DNA of 64,000 bases from Bacteroidales bacterium (GCA_041686485.1 JAWLDT010000006.1:1669-65668); one strand, 5' to 3'. Counted from the stretch's first letter, positions 1-9,588 are shown. The notes: a model not told the origin generated them from the letters alone. Translations and numbers: made by a program.

Positions 1-141
<141 letters not shown>

Positions 142-1965
142 TTAAATGAATTTTCTAAATGGATTATACCTTTTGCCACCCCCGGAAAAGCCGGCGTTTT
201 TGTAAAACTCGACAAATGTCAGACGCATAGGGTGCACAAAAGCACCAAGTCCCGACATGAAAAGGTTTATGCTGTGGCCAATGACCAGGATTACGACCAT
301 GATCAAAATATTCAATACCGGTATGCTGCCGCTCATTTCAAGGGCCAGACTGTTAAAGACGAAGCCCAGGATGGCGCTGGAAATTCCGAGGGCAAACAGA
401 CGAATATAGGAGAGCAGGTCACCCAGGATGCCCGTTACCATGTTGTAGGTGTTCCACAGACCAAGCCCGAAATTCATCAGGACATGCCTGTTCAGGTTGT
501 TCAGAAAGAGGATTAGCGCACCACTTACTCCCAGCAGGGTGTATAGCGCCAGATTCATCTCTCCAAACGGGATGCCTGTAATCTCGCTGGTTGCATACAT
601 CGACAGTAAGCCAATGATCAGTACTATCCAGCCAACCGTACCGAGTGCCTGCTTCCACCCGAACTGGCGGGTTTCGTTGATCGCCTTCAATATCAAACCG
701 AAGGTGATCTGTATACCTCCCAGGATGAGTGACAGGTAGAACAGGAGCATGTTGATATCTGTTCCGTGCTGATCAAACCGGGTGGCAAGATCGCTGTAGA
801 CGGGCAGGCTGGTATCAAAGAGGTTGATGCCGAAAAATACACCTGAAATCACGCCAAAGAAGAAGGTGGATACGCCCAGGTAAAAGACAAGGCCCATCAT
901 TTTTTTTATTTCCTTTCTCTTTGCCTTCTTTTGCATGAAGAGGGCGACGAATGACATCAGGATTCCGTAGCCGGCATCTCCCAGGCAGAAGCCGAAAAAC
1001 AACATATAGAAGGGAGCAAAGAATGGGGTCAGATCCAGCTCATTGTATTGTGGCAAGGAGTAAAGGTCACCCAGCATCTCAAATTTCCGTGCGAACTTTT
1101 TGTTTTTGAGCAATATGGGTGTTTCTTCCTTTGGCTCCGGTTCCTGTGTGACGTAAAGGATGTTGTTGCTTTCCAGATAGTCAATGAGTGTACCTTTATT
1201 CTCATCCGGCACCCACCCTTCCAGCAGCATGACTTTCTCTTCCGCCTGTTTCTCGGTGTTTTCCACGGCCTTTTCGTATTCAGCCGATTCCTTTATCTCA
1301 TAGCCATATTTTTTGATGGCTTCCAGGCTTCTGAGTGCGTGGTCGTCAATCTCTTCGTTGATGGAGGCCAGGTCTTCTTCCAGCTTTTTCTTATAATATA
1401 AAAGTTCAGACAGGGGGCGCTCCGGCGGACGGATCTCTTCGGCATCGATCGCCGGCTCTTCCGTCCCTTTCTGCATAAGGATAAAAAATACCTGGCCCGC
1501 TTGTTGACCTATTACCTCGATGGGATAATCATTTAGCCAGGACTCATCGAATTTGCTGTTCGGGACTGTATAAAACCTGGTTTGTATTCCTTGTTCAGCA
1601 AGCTTGTCAAGCGTTTCTTTCGAAAAGTCACCCCAGGGCTTCACCTGGCTGATCTCCTTCTCAAGCAGGGTCAGTTGCTGGTATTTCTCCTCAAGGTCAT
1701 TATAAAGCTTACTTACATCTTCGAAAGCAGCTTCGCCGTTAACTTTGACTGCCGATTTTGGCTCTCCTTCAACCTCCCGCTTCTGCAATTGCTTCACGAC
1801 CGACTGAACCTGTTTTATCCTGTCAAACTGTGCACGCACAGCATCCGATACGTCCGATTGCTTTTCGATAAGGTGAATCACACCAATATCCCGCACATCA
1901 TCAAGGAATTGGGCATAGTCCTGATGAAACACCAGGAATGAAAACTTATGCATTGGAACAATCAT
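142..1965 (-). CDS. atpI: V-type ATP synthase subunit I (a-type stator subunit)
   Basis: 607 aa with a coiled, hydrophilic N-terminal half and a multi-TM C-terminal half. It contains SYIRLFALGISSAIL, the conserved Arg-containing helix of a/I subunits. It overlaps the upstream atpD stop by 4 nt. Confidence 0.9.
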   Translation of the reverse strand: MIVPMHKFSFLVFHQDYAQFLDDVRDIGVIHLIEKQSDVSDAVRAQFDRIKQVQSVVKQLQKREVEGEPKSAVKVNGEAAFEDVSKLYNDLEEKYQQLTLLEKEISQVKPWGDFSKETLDKLAEQGIQTRFYTVPNSKFDESWLNDYPIEVIGQQAGQVFFILMQKGTEEPAIDAEEIRPPERPLSELLYYKKKLEEDLASINEEIDDHALRSLEAIKKYGYEIKESAEYEKAVENTEKQAEEKVMLLEGWVPDENKGTLIDYLESNNILYVTQEPEPKEETPILLKNKKFARKFEMLGDLYSLPQYNELDLTPFFAPFYMLFFGFCLGDAGYGILMSFVALFMQKKAKRKEIKKMMGLVFYLGVSTFFFGVISGVFFGINLFDTSLPVYSDLATRFDQHGTDINMLLFYLSLILGGIQITFGLILKAINETRQFGWKQALGTVGWIVLIIGLLSMYATSEITGIPFGEMNLALYTLLGVSGALILFLNNLNRHVLMNFGLGLWNTYNMVTGILGDLLSYIRLFALGISSAILGFVFNSLALEMSGSIPVLNILIMVVILVIGHSINLFMSGLGAFVHPMRLTFVEFYKNAGFSGGGKRYNPFRKFI

Positions 1966-2564
1966 ACGTTTGCCTCCGCTTGCTGTAGTCTGGATTTAAC
2001 AATTTTTTGTGCTGCCCTGGAAAGGTTTTCCTCATCTTCCAGGTACCGTTTAATCTTAAGAATGGCTTCTTCAAAGCCCGGGATCTGCACCTTTTCGTAA
2101 AGGTTTACTTTTTGTGTTGTCTTTTTGCGTGCATGGTCAAGCAACTGCATTTTCTGATTAAACACCTCACGCTCAATGGCTGTCTTAGCCAGCTCTTTGA
2201 TAATATGGATGCCGTCAAGGTACCAGTCCGGATTGTTGAACATGCTGTAGGTTTTAACGTTAAACGATACATCCTCCAGGACCGGTGTTTTCACGCCTGC
2301 GATCTTTTTAATTGACAGGTCGACGTCTTCCACGGCTACCAGTTCATTATCAAACTCATCCCATAGTTCTATGGCATGTTGATAGGCTTGCAGCTGTTTT
2401 TCCAGTTTGCTGTCAAACTCTTCAGCTTTTTCTTTGGCTTTCTTTACCTCACTGCGCAGGGCAGCTTCTTTGTTTTGCAGGGTGGGCAGTGCCTTTTCCC
2501 TGATGGCAAGCTCTTTCTTCAGGCGCTGAAGCGATGTTTTGTTGTATTGAAACTTGATGGCCAT
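1962..2564 (-). CDS. atpD: V-type ATP synthase subunit D
   Basis: 200-aa coiled-coil protein (MAIKFQYNKTSLQRLKKELAIREKALPTLQNKEAAL...) in the expected position between B and I. Confidence 0.85.
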   Translation of the reverse strand: MAIKFQYNKTSLQRLKKELAIREKALPTLQNKEAALRSEVKKAKEKAEEFDSKLEKQLQAYQHAIELWDEFDNELVAVEDVDLSIKKIAGVKTPVLEDVSFNVKTYSMFNNPDWYLDGIHIIKELAKTAIEREVFNQKMQLLDHARKKTTQKVNLYEKVQIPGFEEAILKIKRYLEDEENLSRAAQKIVKSRLQQAEANV

Positions 2565-2596
2565 ATTGAAGGCATGTTAAGTCAAAAACGATGGTA

Positions 2597-3925
2597 TTAG
2601 CTGTCTTTGTGCCAGTATTTATCGACTAACTCTTGTTTGATACCCACTTCTTCGGGTCTGAAGTAGTCTTTAAACAGCTCATAAGCTGTTTCAAGCATGC
2701 TATCGGTGTCGATGTTGACATCCACAGCCAGCAATTTCTCGGAATAGCCTTTCGCAAACTCCAGTGTTCGTTCGTCGTAATCGGTAAGGTCGAAGCCGTT
2801 TTCCTGTTTGGTTTTGGCGTTAGCGGCGTCGGCAAACAGGCGGACGGCAGCGTTCATGACCTGTGGGTGGTCTTCGCGGGTTTTCTTTCCGATAACGAGC
2901 TGCTTCAGACGCGACAGGCTCCGGAAGGGGTCAACGATCACTTTCCCGATGTCGCTGTCCTTACGCAGGAATAGCTGACCTTCGGTGATATATCCGGTGT
3001 TGTCGGGCACGGCATGTGTAATATCGCCGCCTGACAGGGTTGTTACTGCGATAATCGTGATGGAGCCGCCGTCCGGGAACTGAACGGCTTTTTCATACAG
3101 TCGTGCCAGGTCTGAGTAGAGAGAGCCGGGCATACTGTCTTTGGAAGGAATCTGGTCCATCCTGTTTGACACGATACTCAGGGCATCTGCGTAGAGTGTC
3201 ATGTCGGTGAGCAGCACCAGCACTTTTTCGTTCTTTTCGACAGCAAAATATTCTGCAGCCGAAAGAGCCATATCGGGTACCAGCAGCCTTTCGACGGGCG
3301 GGTCTTCGGTGGTGTTGATGAATCCTACGATACGATCGAGCGTGCCGGCGTTGTCAAAGACGTTCTTGAAGTACAGGTAGTCGTCACGCGTGAGTCCCAT
3401 ACCTGCCAGGATGATCTTGTCGGCTTTAGCGCGCAGCGCCACATTGGCCATGACCTGGTTATACGGCTGGTCGGGGTCTGCAAAGAAAGGGATCTTCTGG
3501 CCTGTCACCAGCGCGTTGTTCAGGTCAATGCCCGCGATACCCGTCGGAATGAACTCCGAAGGTTGCATCCTTCGTACCGGATTCACACTCGGACCACCAA
3601 TCTCCAACTCTTCACCCATGATCTCACCGCCTTCCATGGGCTCGCCATAGGCATTGAAAAAGCGACCTCCAAGATCTTCCCCGACTTTCAGGGTCGGGGC
3701 TTTTCCGGCAAATATTACCTCGGCATTCGTGGCGATCCCTTCGGTACCGCCAAAGATCTGCAGGGTGACCAGATCGCCTATGATCTTCACCACCTGGGCC
3801 AGCCGTCCATCTACGATAGCAAGCTCATCATTGCCCACGTCCTTTGCATACAGGGAAACAGTGGCCTTGGTAAGCTGAAACAGCTTGGTGTATACACGTT
3901 GAAATGCTTTTGTTTCCTTTTCCAT
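2597..3925 (-). CDS. atpB: V-type ATP synthase subunit B
   Basis: 442 aa, recognisable non-catalytic B-subunit sequence (…GQKIPFFADPDQPYNQVMANVALRAKADKIILAGMGLT…SMPGSLYSDLARLYEKA…). Confidence 0.95.
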   Translation of the reverse strand: MEKETKAFQRVYTKLFQLTKATVSLYAKDVGNDELAIVDGRLAQVVKIIGDLVTLQIFGGTEGIATNAEVIFAGKAPTLKVGEDLGGRFFNAYGEPMEGGEIMGEELEIGGPSVNPVRRMQPSEFIPTGIAGIDLNNALVTGQKIPFFADPDQPYNQVMANVALRAKADKIILAGMGLTRDDYLYFKNVFDNAGTLDRIVGFINTTEDPPVERLLVPDMALSAAEYFAVEKNEKVLVLLTDMTLYADALSIVSNRMDQIPSKDSMPGSLYSDLARLYEKAVQFPDGGSITIIAVTTLSGGDITHAVPDNTGYITEGQLFLRKDSDIGKVIVDPFRSLSRLKQLVIGKKTREDHPQVMNAAVRLFADAANAKTKQENGFDLTDYDERTLEFAKGYSEKLLAVDVNIDTDSMLETAYELFKDYFRPEEVGIKQELVDKYWHKDS

Positions 3926-3953
3926 TATTTATTATGTTTTCCTGGTTTCTTGA

Positions 3954-5759
3954 TTATGCCTTTGCTTCCTCTTTGTCTTTTTTATCCTTCTCTTTGCCAG
4001 CTTCTTCATTAAGCTTCTCCTGAACGATCTTTTCCATTTCTTTTTCGTTCGCTTTGAATTTGTCGGACTCAAATTCGGCGAAGTTCATCTGTTTCAAGGC
4101 ATTGATAATGCGTTTATAATATGGACCCACGTCTTCGAAGGAATCAAATGTAAAATCCAACGCTGTTATCTCGAGGGTCTTCTGAAGCATGTAGTTTTGC
4201 CTGTTGAGTGAGGTGGAGGCGTCGATGGCATCAAAAGCATCCTGCTGCAGGATGACGAAGTCGATCAGTTCTGATCTCCAGAACCTGATGTGGTAGTCTA
4301 TCGGTACGCCGTCGTCACCAAGGATATTGATCTGCTCGTAGGCCTCCTTTCCTCTGAGCAAGAGCTCCTTGGCATGGAACACATTCTTTGTCCATGACTC
4401 ATGGATATTTTCGTTGAGGTATTCCTCAATTTCCGGGTACTCAAGGTATTTGGAGTAGCTGTCTATCGGGTCGATGGCTGGGTAGCGCTTGCTGTCGGCA
4501 CGTTGCTGTGACAATGCATAGAAACAGCGTGCCACTTTCTTGGTGGACTCTGTGACGGGTTCTTTCAGGTTACCGCCGGCCGGCGATACGGTTCCGACAA
4601 AGGTGATGGAGCCGGTTTTGCCATTGGGCAGATAAACATAGCCTGCACGGGCATAAAAGTTAGCAATGATGGCCGACAGGTCCATGGGGAACCCGTCAGG
4701 TCCGGGAAGTTCTTCCATGCGGTTTGACATCTCACGAAGTGCCTGCGCCCAGCGTGACGTAGAGTCGGCCAGCAGCAGTACCTTAAGACCCATGGCCCGG
4801 TAATATTCGGCAAGGGTCATGGCGGTATATACAGAAGCTTCCCTGGCAGCTACGGGCATGTTGGAGGTGTTGGCGATGATGGTCGTACGCTCCATGAGCT
4901 TACGTCCTGTCCGTGGGTCTTCCAGCTCAGGAAACTCAGTGAAGATCTCAACTACCTCGTTGGCCCGCTCACCGCAGGCAGCAACAATCACCAGGTCGGC
5001 ATTGGCATTTTTCGACAGGTTATGCTGCAATACCGTTTTGCCTGAACCAAACGGCCCCGGGATAAATCCTGAACCACCTTCCGCCATGGGATTCAACGTA
5101 TCCATCACACGGATACCGGTCTCCATAATTTTAAACGGCCGTGGTTTTTCTTTATAGGCTTTGATGGGAACCTTTACCGGCCATTTCTGTACCATGGTCA
5201 CATCATGATCCTTGCCTTCTTTGTCGGTCAGGACTGCGATGGTATCATTGAGATTGTACGAACCATCTTTACTGATACTTTTTACGGTGTATTCACCCTG
5301 GAAGGTAAAGGGCACCATGATCTTGTGGGGGATCCAGTTTTCCTTCACTTCGCCAAGCCACATCCCGGCTGTGACTTTGTCGTCCTTTTTGGCAATGGCT
5401 TTGAAGTCATACTTCTGTTCAAAATCCAAAGGATCCGTATATTGTCCCCTCTTCAGAAACACACCCTCCATCTTGTTCAGGTCGTTTTGCAGACCGTCGA
5501 AGTTTTTTGACAGGATACCGGGTCCGAGCGTGACCTCCAGCATGTGTCCCATGAACTCCACCTTGGTGCCAATCTTCAGACCCCTGGTGCTTTCAAAGAC
5601 CTGAATATAGGATTTGTTACCAACCACCTTGATTACCTCCGCCATCAGCGGGGTGTCACCGTGTTTGATATAACAGATCTCATTCTGTGCGGTCGTTCCC
5701 TCTGTTTCAACAATGACAAGGTTGGCGATAATGCCGGTTACATTCCCAATTGTATTCAT
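3954..5759 (-). CDS. atpA: V-type ATP synthase catalytic subunit A
   Basis: 601 aa with Walker A GPFGSGKT and typical A-subunit motifs (ACGERANEV, STSRWAQALREMS). It ends in a K/E-rich tail. Confidence 0.95.
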   Translation of the reverse strand: MNTIGNVTGIIANLVIVETEGTTAQNEICYIKHGDTPLMAEVIKVVGNKSYIQVFESTRGLKIGTKVEFMGHMLEVTLGPGILSKNFDGLQNDLNKMEGVFLKRGQYTDPLDFEQKYDFKAIAKKDDKVTAGMWLGEVKENWIPHKIMVPFTFQGEYTVKSISKDGSYNLNDTIAVLTDKEGKDHDVTMVQKWPVKVPIKAYKEKPRPFKIMETGIRVMDTLNPMAEGGSGFIPGPFGSGKTVLQHNLSKNANADLVIVAACGERANEVVEIFTEFPELEDPRTGRKLMERTTIIANTSNMPVAAREASVYTAMTLAEYYRAMGLKVLLLADSTSRWAQALREMSNRMEELPGPDGFPMDLSAIIANFYARAGYVYLPNGKTGSITFVGTVSPAGGNLKEPVTESTKKVARCFYALSQQRADSKRYPAIDPIDSYSKYLEYPEIEEYLNENIHESWTKNVFHAKELLLRGKEAYEQINILGDDGVPIDYHIRFWRSELIDFVILQQDAFDAIDASTSLNRQNYMLQKTLEITALDFTFDSFEDVGPYYKRIINALKQMNFAEFESDKFKANEKEMEKIVQEKLNEEAGKEKDKKDKEEAKA

Positions 5760-5765
5760 AATAGG

Positions 5766-6596
5766 TTATTTTTCAGTAAATTTTTCAGGTAATTCGTAGT
5801 TCGCCTGCAGCTCCTTCAGCAGCTTTTTGAACATTTCATTGCTGTGTTCTTTGTCGATCGACAGCCAGCGCTCAATCCTGCCAAGCTTTATTGTGAAAGC
5901 CAGGATCTTTTCAATGGTAAAATAATGGAAGAAAGTCTCCTCATCAAGGTATTTCCACTTGAACTCATCGATGGCTTTTTCCCGCTCTTTAACGTCCTCC
6001 TTGCGCGAAATGGCGCTGAGCGTCTCCATATAATCGAGTTCACTGCTCAGTCCAAAATCCCTGGCCTGACTTTTTCGGATTGTCTCAGAAATATAATCTG
6101 TGCCTATAATATAATGCTCATAAGGGACTTTGTACTTCCTGGCATTCAGCGCTGTCATAATATTTTTAATGTTCAGCTCAAACTGAAACCAGTTGCGGAG
6201 GAAATCATTCCTTTCGTTTTCGAGAATATAGTCGTAGAATAGGGTGGCAAGCTCATCCTCCGGGTTCATGTTCGGGAATAGGGGCTCACTGTTTTGATAA
6301 GCCGTAATGAAGCGCAGCATGTATTCAGGAAGGTCGGCAGGCTCCTTGATATTTTCTTCCAACCGCTCTCGTGAGAAATTGCCCTTTTCATGCAGGTCTT
6401 TTTCTTTTTTCTCCAAAAGGATCAGCAGGTTTTGATTGTCATGTGGCAGAAACAGCTTTTCCACCAGCTTATAGTCGTTCGGGTGTAAATCCGAACACAG
6501 CTCATCCCGGAAGGCAAGCTGGTTCGACACCAGCTTATGCGTGTCCAGGGCAATGTCCTGAAGTCCTGCTACCAGATAATAATAATTACGCTTCAC
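5766..6596 (-). CDS. DUF2764-family protein of Bacteroidota V-ATPase operons (possible subunit C equivalent)
   Basis: 276-aa soluble protein occupying the slot between E and A, as in other Bacteroidota V-ATPase operons. The family assignment is by recognition only. Confidence 0.65.
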   Translation of the reverse strand: MKRNYYYLVAGLQDIALDTHKLVSNQLAFRDELCSDLHPNDYKLVEKLFLPHDNQNLLILLEKKEKDLHEKGNFSRERLEENIKEPADLPEYMLRFITAYQNSEPLFPNMNPEDELATLFYDYILENERNDFLRNWFQFELNIKNIMTALNARKYKVPYEHYIIGTDYISETIRKSQARDFGLSSELDYMETLSAISRKEDVKEREKAIDEFKWKYLDEETFFHYFTIEKILAFTIKLGRIERWLSIDKEHSNEMFKKLLKELQANYELPEKFTEK

Positions 6597-6632
6597 TTCC
6601 AGATCGTTTTATGTGGTTTGGGCTTGCAGTCG

Positions 6633-7310
6633 TTATTTTTTCTTTTCCTGCTTTTTATCTTCTTTCGCTTTCGGCTCCGCTTTCTCTTGACCCTTATTAT
6701 CTTCAAAAAGCAAATCAATCAGTCTGGGGCGCATATACATTTTGAAGAAATGGTCAAAATCCTCATCCGAGAAAGAGATCAGGTATCCGCCTTCTTTCGG
6801 ACCAATTTTAAAGCCGCCTTTAAACTTCTCGGAATAGTCGAGACTCAGGCCGCTGTCAAGCAGTTTTTTGGCTTTGTTCTTAAAGAAGCTGTCAAACTCT
6901 TTTTGTCGCTCTTTGGGTAGCAGTAGGGTCAGATTCACGTTGTCGCTACCTTCCGGCTCCCATTTATCGACGATTGTTTGAATAATGTCACGGGTGAACT
7001 CCACTTCTTTAAAAGCGGCTTTTGTTTCCGGTTCAATGGTTTTGGCCTGGATCAGGTTCACGATTTCCTGCTTCAGGTCGGAAAGAGCCTGCCGTGCTGC
7101 GAGCTTCAGCTCATTGAGTGAGTTGTTTTTTAACTCATTTGCTTCCGTTTCCGCTTTCTTCCGGATTGCTTCAGCGTCTTTATTTGCTTTGTCAAGCAAG
7201 TCATCGGCTTCTTTTTGGGCATCGGAAACAATTTTTTCTGCCTCCTGGTTGGCTTTATTTACGCCTTCCTGGTAAATCTTTTCAGTAAGTTCCTGAAGTT
7301 TTTTCTGCAT
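6633..7310 (-). CDS. atpE: V-type ATP synthase subunit E
   Basis: 225 aa, first gene of the operon. It has the long charged N-terminal helix (QEAEKIVSDAQKEADDLLDKANKDAEAIRKKAETEANELK) typical of E/peripheral-stalk subunits, and a Lys-rich C-terminal tail. Confidence 0.75.
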   Translation of the reverse strand: MQKKLQELTEKIYQEGVNKANQEAEKIVSDAQKEADDLLDKANKDAEAIRKKAETEANELKNNSLNELKLAARQALSDLKQEIVNLIQAKTIEPETKAAFKEVEFTRDIIQTIVDKWEPEGSDNVNLTLLLPKERQKEFDSFFKNKAKKLLDSGLSLDYSEKFKGGFKIGPKEGGYLISFSDEDFDHFFKMYMRPRLIDLLFEDNKGQEKAEPKAKEDKKQEKKK

Positions 7311-7350
7311 GGCTATGTTTTTTTATAATATCGCCTGTTCTAAACGAGTG

Positions 7351-7358
7351 CAAAATTA
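7351..7358 (-). promoter_or_regulatory. Bacteroidota -7 promoter box (TAATTTTG) for the V-ATPase operon
   Basis: The reverse complement of caaaatta matches TAnnTTTG. It lies 40 nt upstream of the atpE ATG (7310) in an AT-rich spacer. Confidence 0.45.
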
Positions 7359-7500
7359 AGAAAATAAAGCTGTATACTGTAGATTTTCTGTTATTTATGT
7401 TTTGAATAATACATGCTCGGTATGATGTCAACTTCAAAGATTGTTAACTTTAAAACGTAGCAAATATATTAAACTTATTTTTTGTTACAAAATTAACAAC

Positions 7501-7751
7501 TCAAAAAGTAATCCTGTTTTTGACATAAAGCTGTCTTGTTTCTATGAAACTACCTGTTTTCTCCCTGACGCCTGAACATGGAACAGCACATAGGGTTACC
7601 GGAATGAGGATCAGGGTTATAAGGGTTGAAGCCAGCAAACCGCCGATGATGGTAATGCCTGAAGGGTTATACAATATAGTCCCATACCCGTACTAAGTGC
7701 CATGGGGCGCAAGTCAGGCATGGTGGTGGTAACCAACATCCTGACATGGTT
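7501..7751 (-). pseudogene. Remnant of the C-terminus of an RND (AcrB/CzcA-type) efflux permease, frameshifted and 5'-truncated
   Basis: Minus strand, frame ending at stop 7501-7503, reads …NPSGITIIGGLLASTLITLILIPVTL…. A second frame upstream (7751 to about 7680) reads …VRMLVTTTMPDLRPMALSTGMG…. Joined, these resemble the last TM helices of RND pumps (…LPLAL.TG.G…P.GI.VIGGL..ST.LTL…PV). There is no start codon and the fragment abuts the stop of the 4Fe-4S gene. Confidence 0.5.
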
Positions 7752-7757
7752 TTACAA

Positions 7758-9341
7758 TCAGAATGGAAAATCGTCGCTGTCGTCCTCTCTGGGGCCGTTG
7801 GTTTCTTCGATTGGTGTTGCTTTTGTATGTACCGGCAGTCCATCCACATAAATGGCTTTATATGGTGTTGTGGGGCAGGCATACTCACAAGCGCCGCAAC
7901 CGACACATAGTTCGGGCGTGATCTCCGGTATGAACAGTCCGTCATCGTATGGAACCATTTGCACGGCCTTTGTGGGGCAGTGTTCTGAACATGCTCCACA
8001 GTCGGTACGGTCCACCATCACAATACAGCTTTCTACCTGGAAGTGTACCTCGCCCATTTTAATCAGTTTCTTGTCTTCGATGCTTTGGCTGGTAATAGCC
8101 CCTGTCGGACATACCTTGGTGCAGTCATTACAATCGTAATTGCAATAATTCTTGTGAAAGTCCAGCTTCGGTTGCATAAAACCGTCCAGGCCAAAGTCGA
8201 AGAATGCTGGTACGATTACTTTGCTGGGACAGGCTCCTACACAACGGTAGCAAGCAATGCAATGTGACGTGAAATGTTCATGGCTTATTGAGCCGGGCGG
8301 TGATACCGGCCTCTGGGTGTCAATGGGGATCATGCCCGGTTCACTTCTGCCTTGTGCCTTGATGGGTTTTTTCAAGAGGGGAAGACTTACTATACCACCT
8401 GCGAGGCCAAGCAGGAAATGACGTCTTTTGTTTCCATTCTCCGCTTTCGGTGTGTTGTTTTGCTTTTCTGAAGCTGCATAAGCATTGGTATAGTATAGTC
8501 CCTGATTCGGACAGGCTGTAAAGCAGTTAAAACAGCTAATGCAACGACTATGGTCCACTTCTTTGGTTTTGCTGTCCAGGCATTCTGCCTTGCATACCCA
8601 TTCACACCGTTTGCAAAAGGTACAGGCTTCATCCCGGAAACGTATTCTGTATAAAGACCTGGACGACACCAGCCCCAAAATGCTTCCCACCGGGCATAAG
8701 GTATTGCAGAACAGCCGGCCGCGCCAGGCAGCCATCGTGGTTATAGCCAGGAATATGATGCCGGAAATCAGCAACACATCCCCCGGCAAGGTGTGCATGG
8801 TTTGGGGTGTCAGGACATGCACATCCATATTTTCCAGGGTAAAGGCCAGGGTATTATTCAACCATATATAAGCAGGCTGAAACAGGCTGGTGGATAATTT
8901 GCCAAAATTGGAGAACGGGTCTAACAGGTTGATAAATAACATGCTGCCGAAAAACCAAAAAATAATGGTAGCGGCTAATATGCCGTATCGCAGGATGTTC
9001 TTCCGGTTAGAAGTATAATGAAAACGGCGACCCTTTTTGGATTTAAAAAGTCGTGCAATGGCAATCACCATATCCTGAAACGTGCCCAGCGGACAGATAG
9101 AAGAGCAATACACCCGCCCGAAAAGCCAGGTCAAAATTAAAACCAAAACAAAGCCAAGTGCGGTGATCGAGAAGAATAATGCCATGAACCGCAACAGAGA
9201 AGGGAAAAATTGTAATCGCAATAACCCTTCTCCCAATGTATGTAAGGGCTTTATTCCGATACCCAGAAAAATAAATAATAAAGCAATGAAAAATAACAGG
9301 GATACGATAATCCTGATCTTTCGCAGGTGGTATAGCTTCAT
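7758..9341 (-). CDS. Membrane-bound polyferredoxin: NapH-like N-terminal half fused to a NapG-like C-terminal half (4Fe-4S binding protein)
   Basis: 527 aa. The N-terminus has TM helices plus GRVYCSSICPLG and GRLFCNTLCPVG motifs and two CxxCxxCxxxC(P) clusters. Mid-protein there is a KRRHFLLGLAGG segment. The C-terminal half carries four further Cys clusters (CIACYRCVGACP, CNDCTKVCP, CGACSEHCP, CVGCGACEYACP). Confidence 0.8.
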   Translation of the reverse strand: MKLYHLRKIRIIVSLLFFIALLFIFLGIGIKPLHTLGEGLLRLQFFPSLLRFMALFFSITALGFVLVLILTWLFGRVYCSSICPLGTFQDMVIAIARLFKSKKGRRFHYTSNRKNILRYGILAATIIFWFFGSMLFINLLDPFSNFGKLSTSLFQPAYIWLNNTLAFTLENMDVHVLTPQTMHTLPGDVLLISGIIFLAITTMAAWRGRLFCNTLCPVGSILGLVSSRSLYRIRFRDEACTFCKRCEWVCKAECLDSKTKEVDHSRCISCFNCFTACPNQGLYYTNAYAASEKQNNTPKAENGNKRRHFLLGLAGGIVSLPLLKKPIKAQGRSEPGMIPIDTQRPVSPPGSISHEHFTSHCIACYRCVGACPSKVIVPAFFDFGLDGFMQPKLDFHKNYCNYDCNDCTKVCPTGAITSQSIEDKKLIKMGEVHFQVESCIVMVDRTDCGACSEHCPTKAVQMVPYDDGLFIPEITPELCVGCGACEYACPTTPYKAIYVDGLPVHTKATPIEETNGPREDDSDDFPF

Positions 9342-9408
9342 CTGTTTATGTTTACGTTACTCTTTGTAATTCAATGTTATATGACTCTGTACCTTTATCC
9401 AGGCAAAA

Positions 9409-9444
9409 GGTAGAAGGTAGAAGTTAGAAGGTAGAAGGTAGAAG
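9409..9444. repeat. Heptamer tandem array GGTAGAA x5 (third unit GTTAGAA)
   Basis: Direct reading: ggtagaa ggtagaa gttagaa ggtagaa ggtagaa g. It lies 68-103 nt upstream of the ATG (9341) of the minus-strand 4Fe-4S gene. Confidence 0.95.
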
Positions 9445-9515
9445 ACTTTAACTATAAGCTTCCTTTCTTTAAGCCCTGAGACTTCTTTGTCTAACCTCTA
9501 TCTTCTACCATCTAA

Positions 9516-9552
9516 TCTCTTCCTTCCAGCTTCCAGCTTCCAGCTTCGAGCT
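9516..9552. repeat. Left copy of a perfect 37-bp direct repeat (contains CTTCCAG x3 + CTTCGAG)
   Basis: tctcttccttccagcttccagcttccagcttcgagct is identical to 9908-9944. Confidence 0.95.
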
Positions 9553-9557
9553 TTTTT

Positions 9558-9585
9558 CACCGTTCACTGTTCACCGTTCACTGTT
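9558..9585. repeat. Heptamer tandem array CACYGTT x4 (14-bp unit x2)
   Basis: caccgtt cactgtt caccgtt cactgtt, read directly. Confidence 0.95.
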
Positions 9586-9588
9586 CTG

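Noticed and set aside
7667-7999. A 110-aa minus-strand ORF overlapping the 3' end of the polyferredoxin gene.
   Set aside because: It is mostly an alternative frame of the real 4Fe-4S gene, with a Cys/Trp/Pro-rich nonsense translation. Its tail crosses the RND remnant in the wrong frame.
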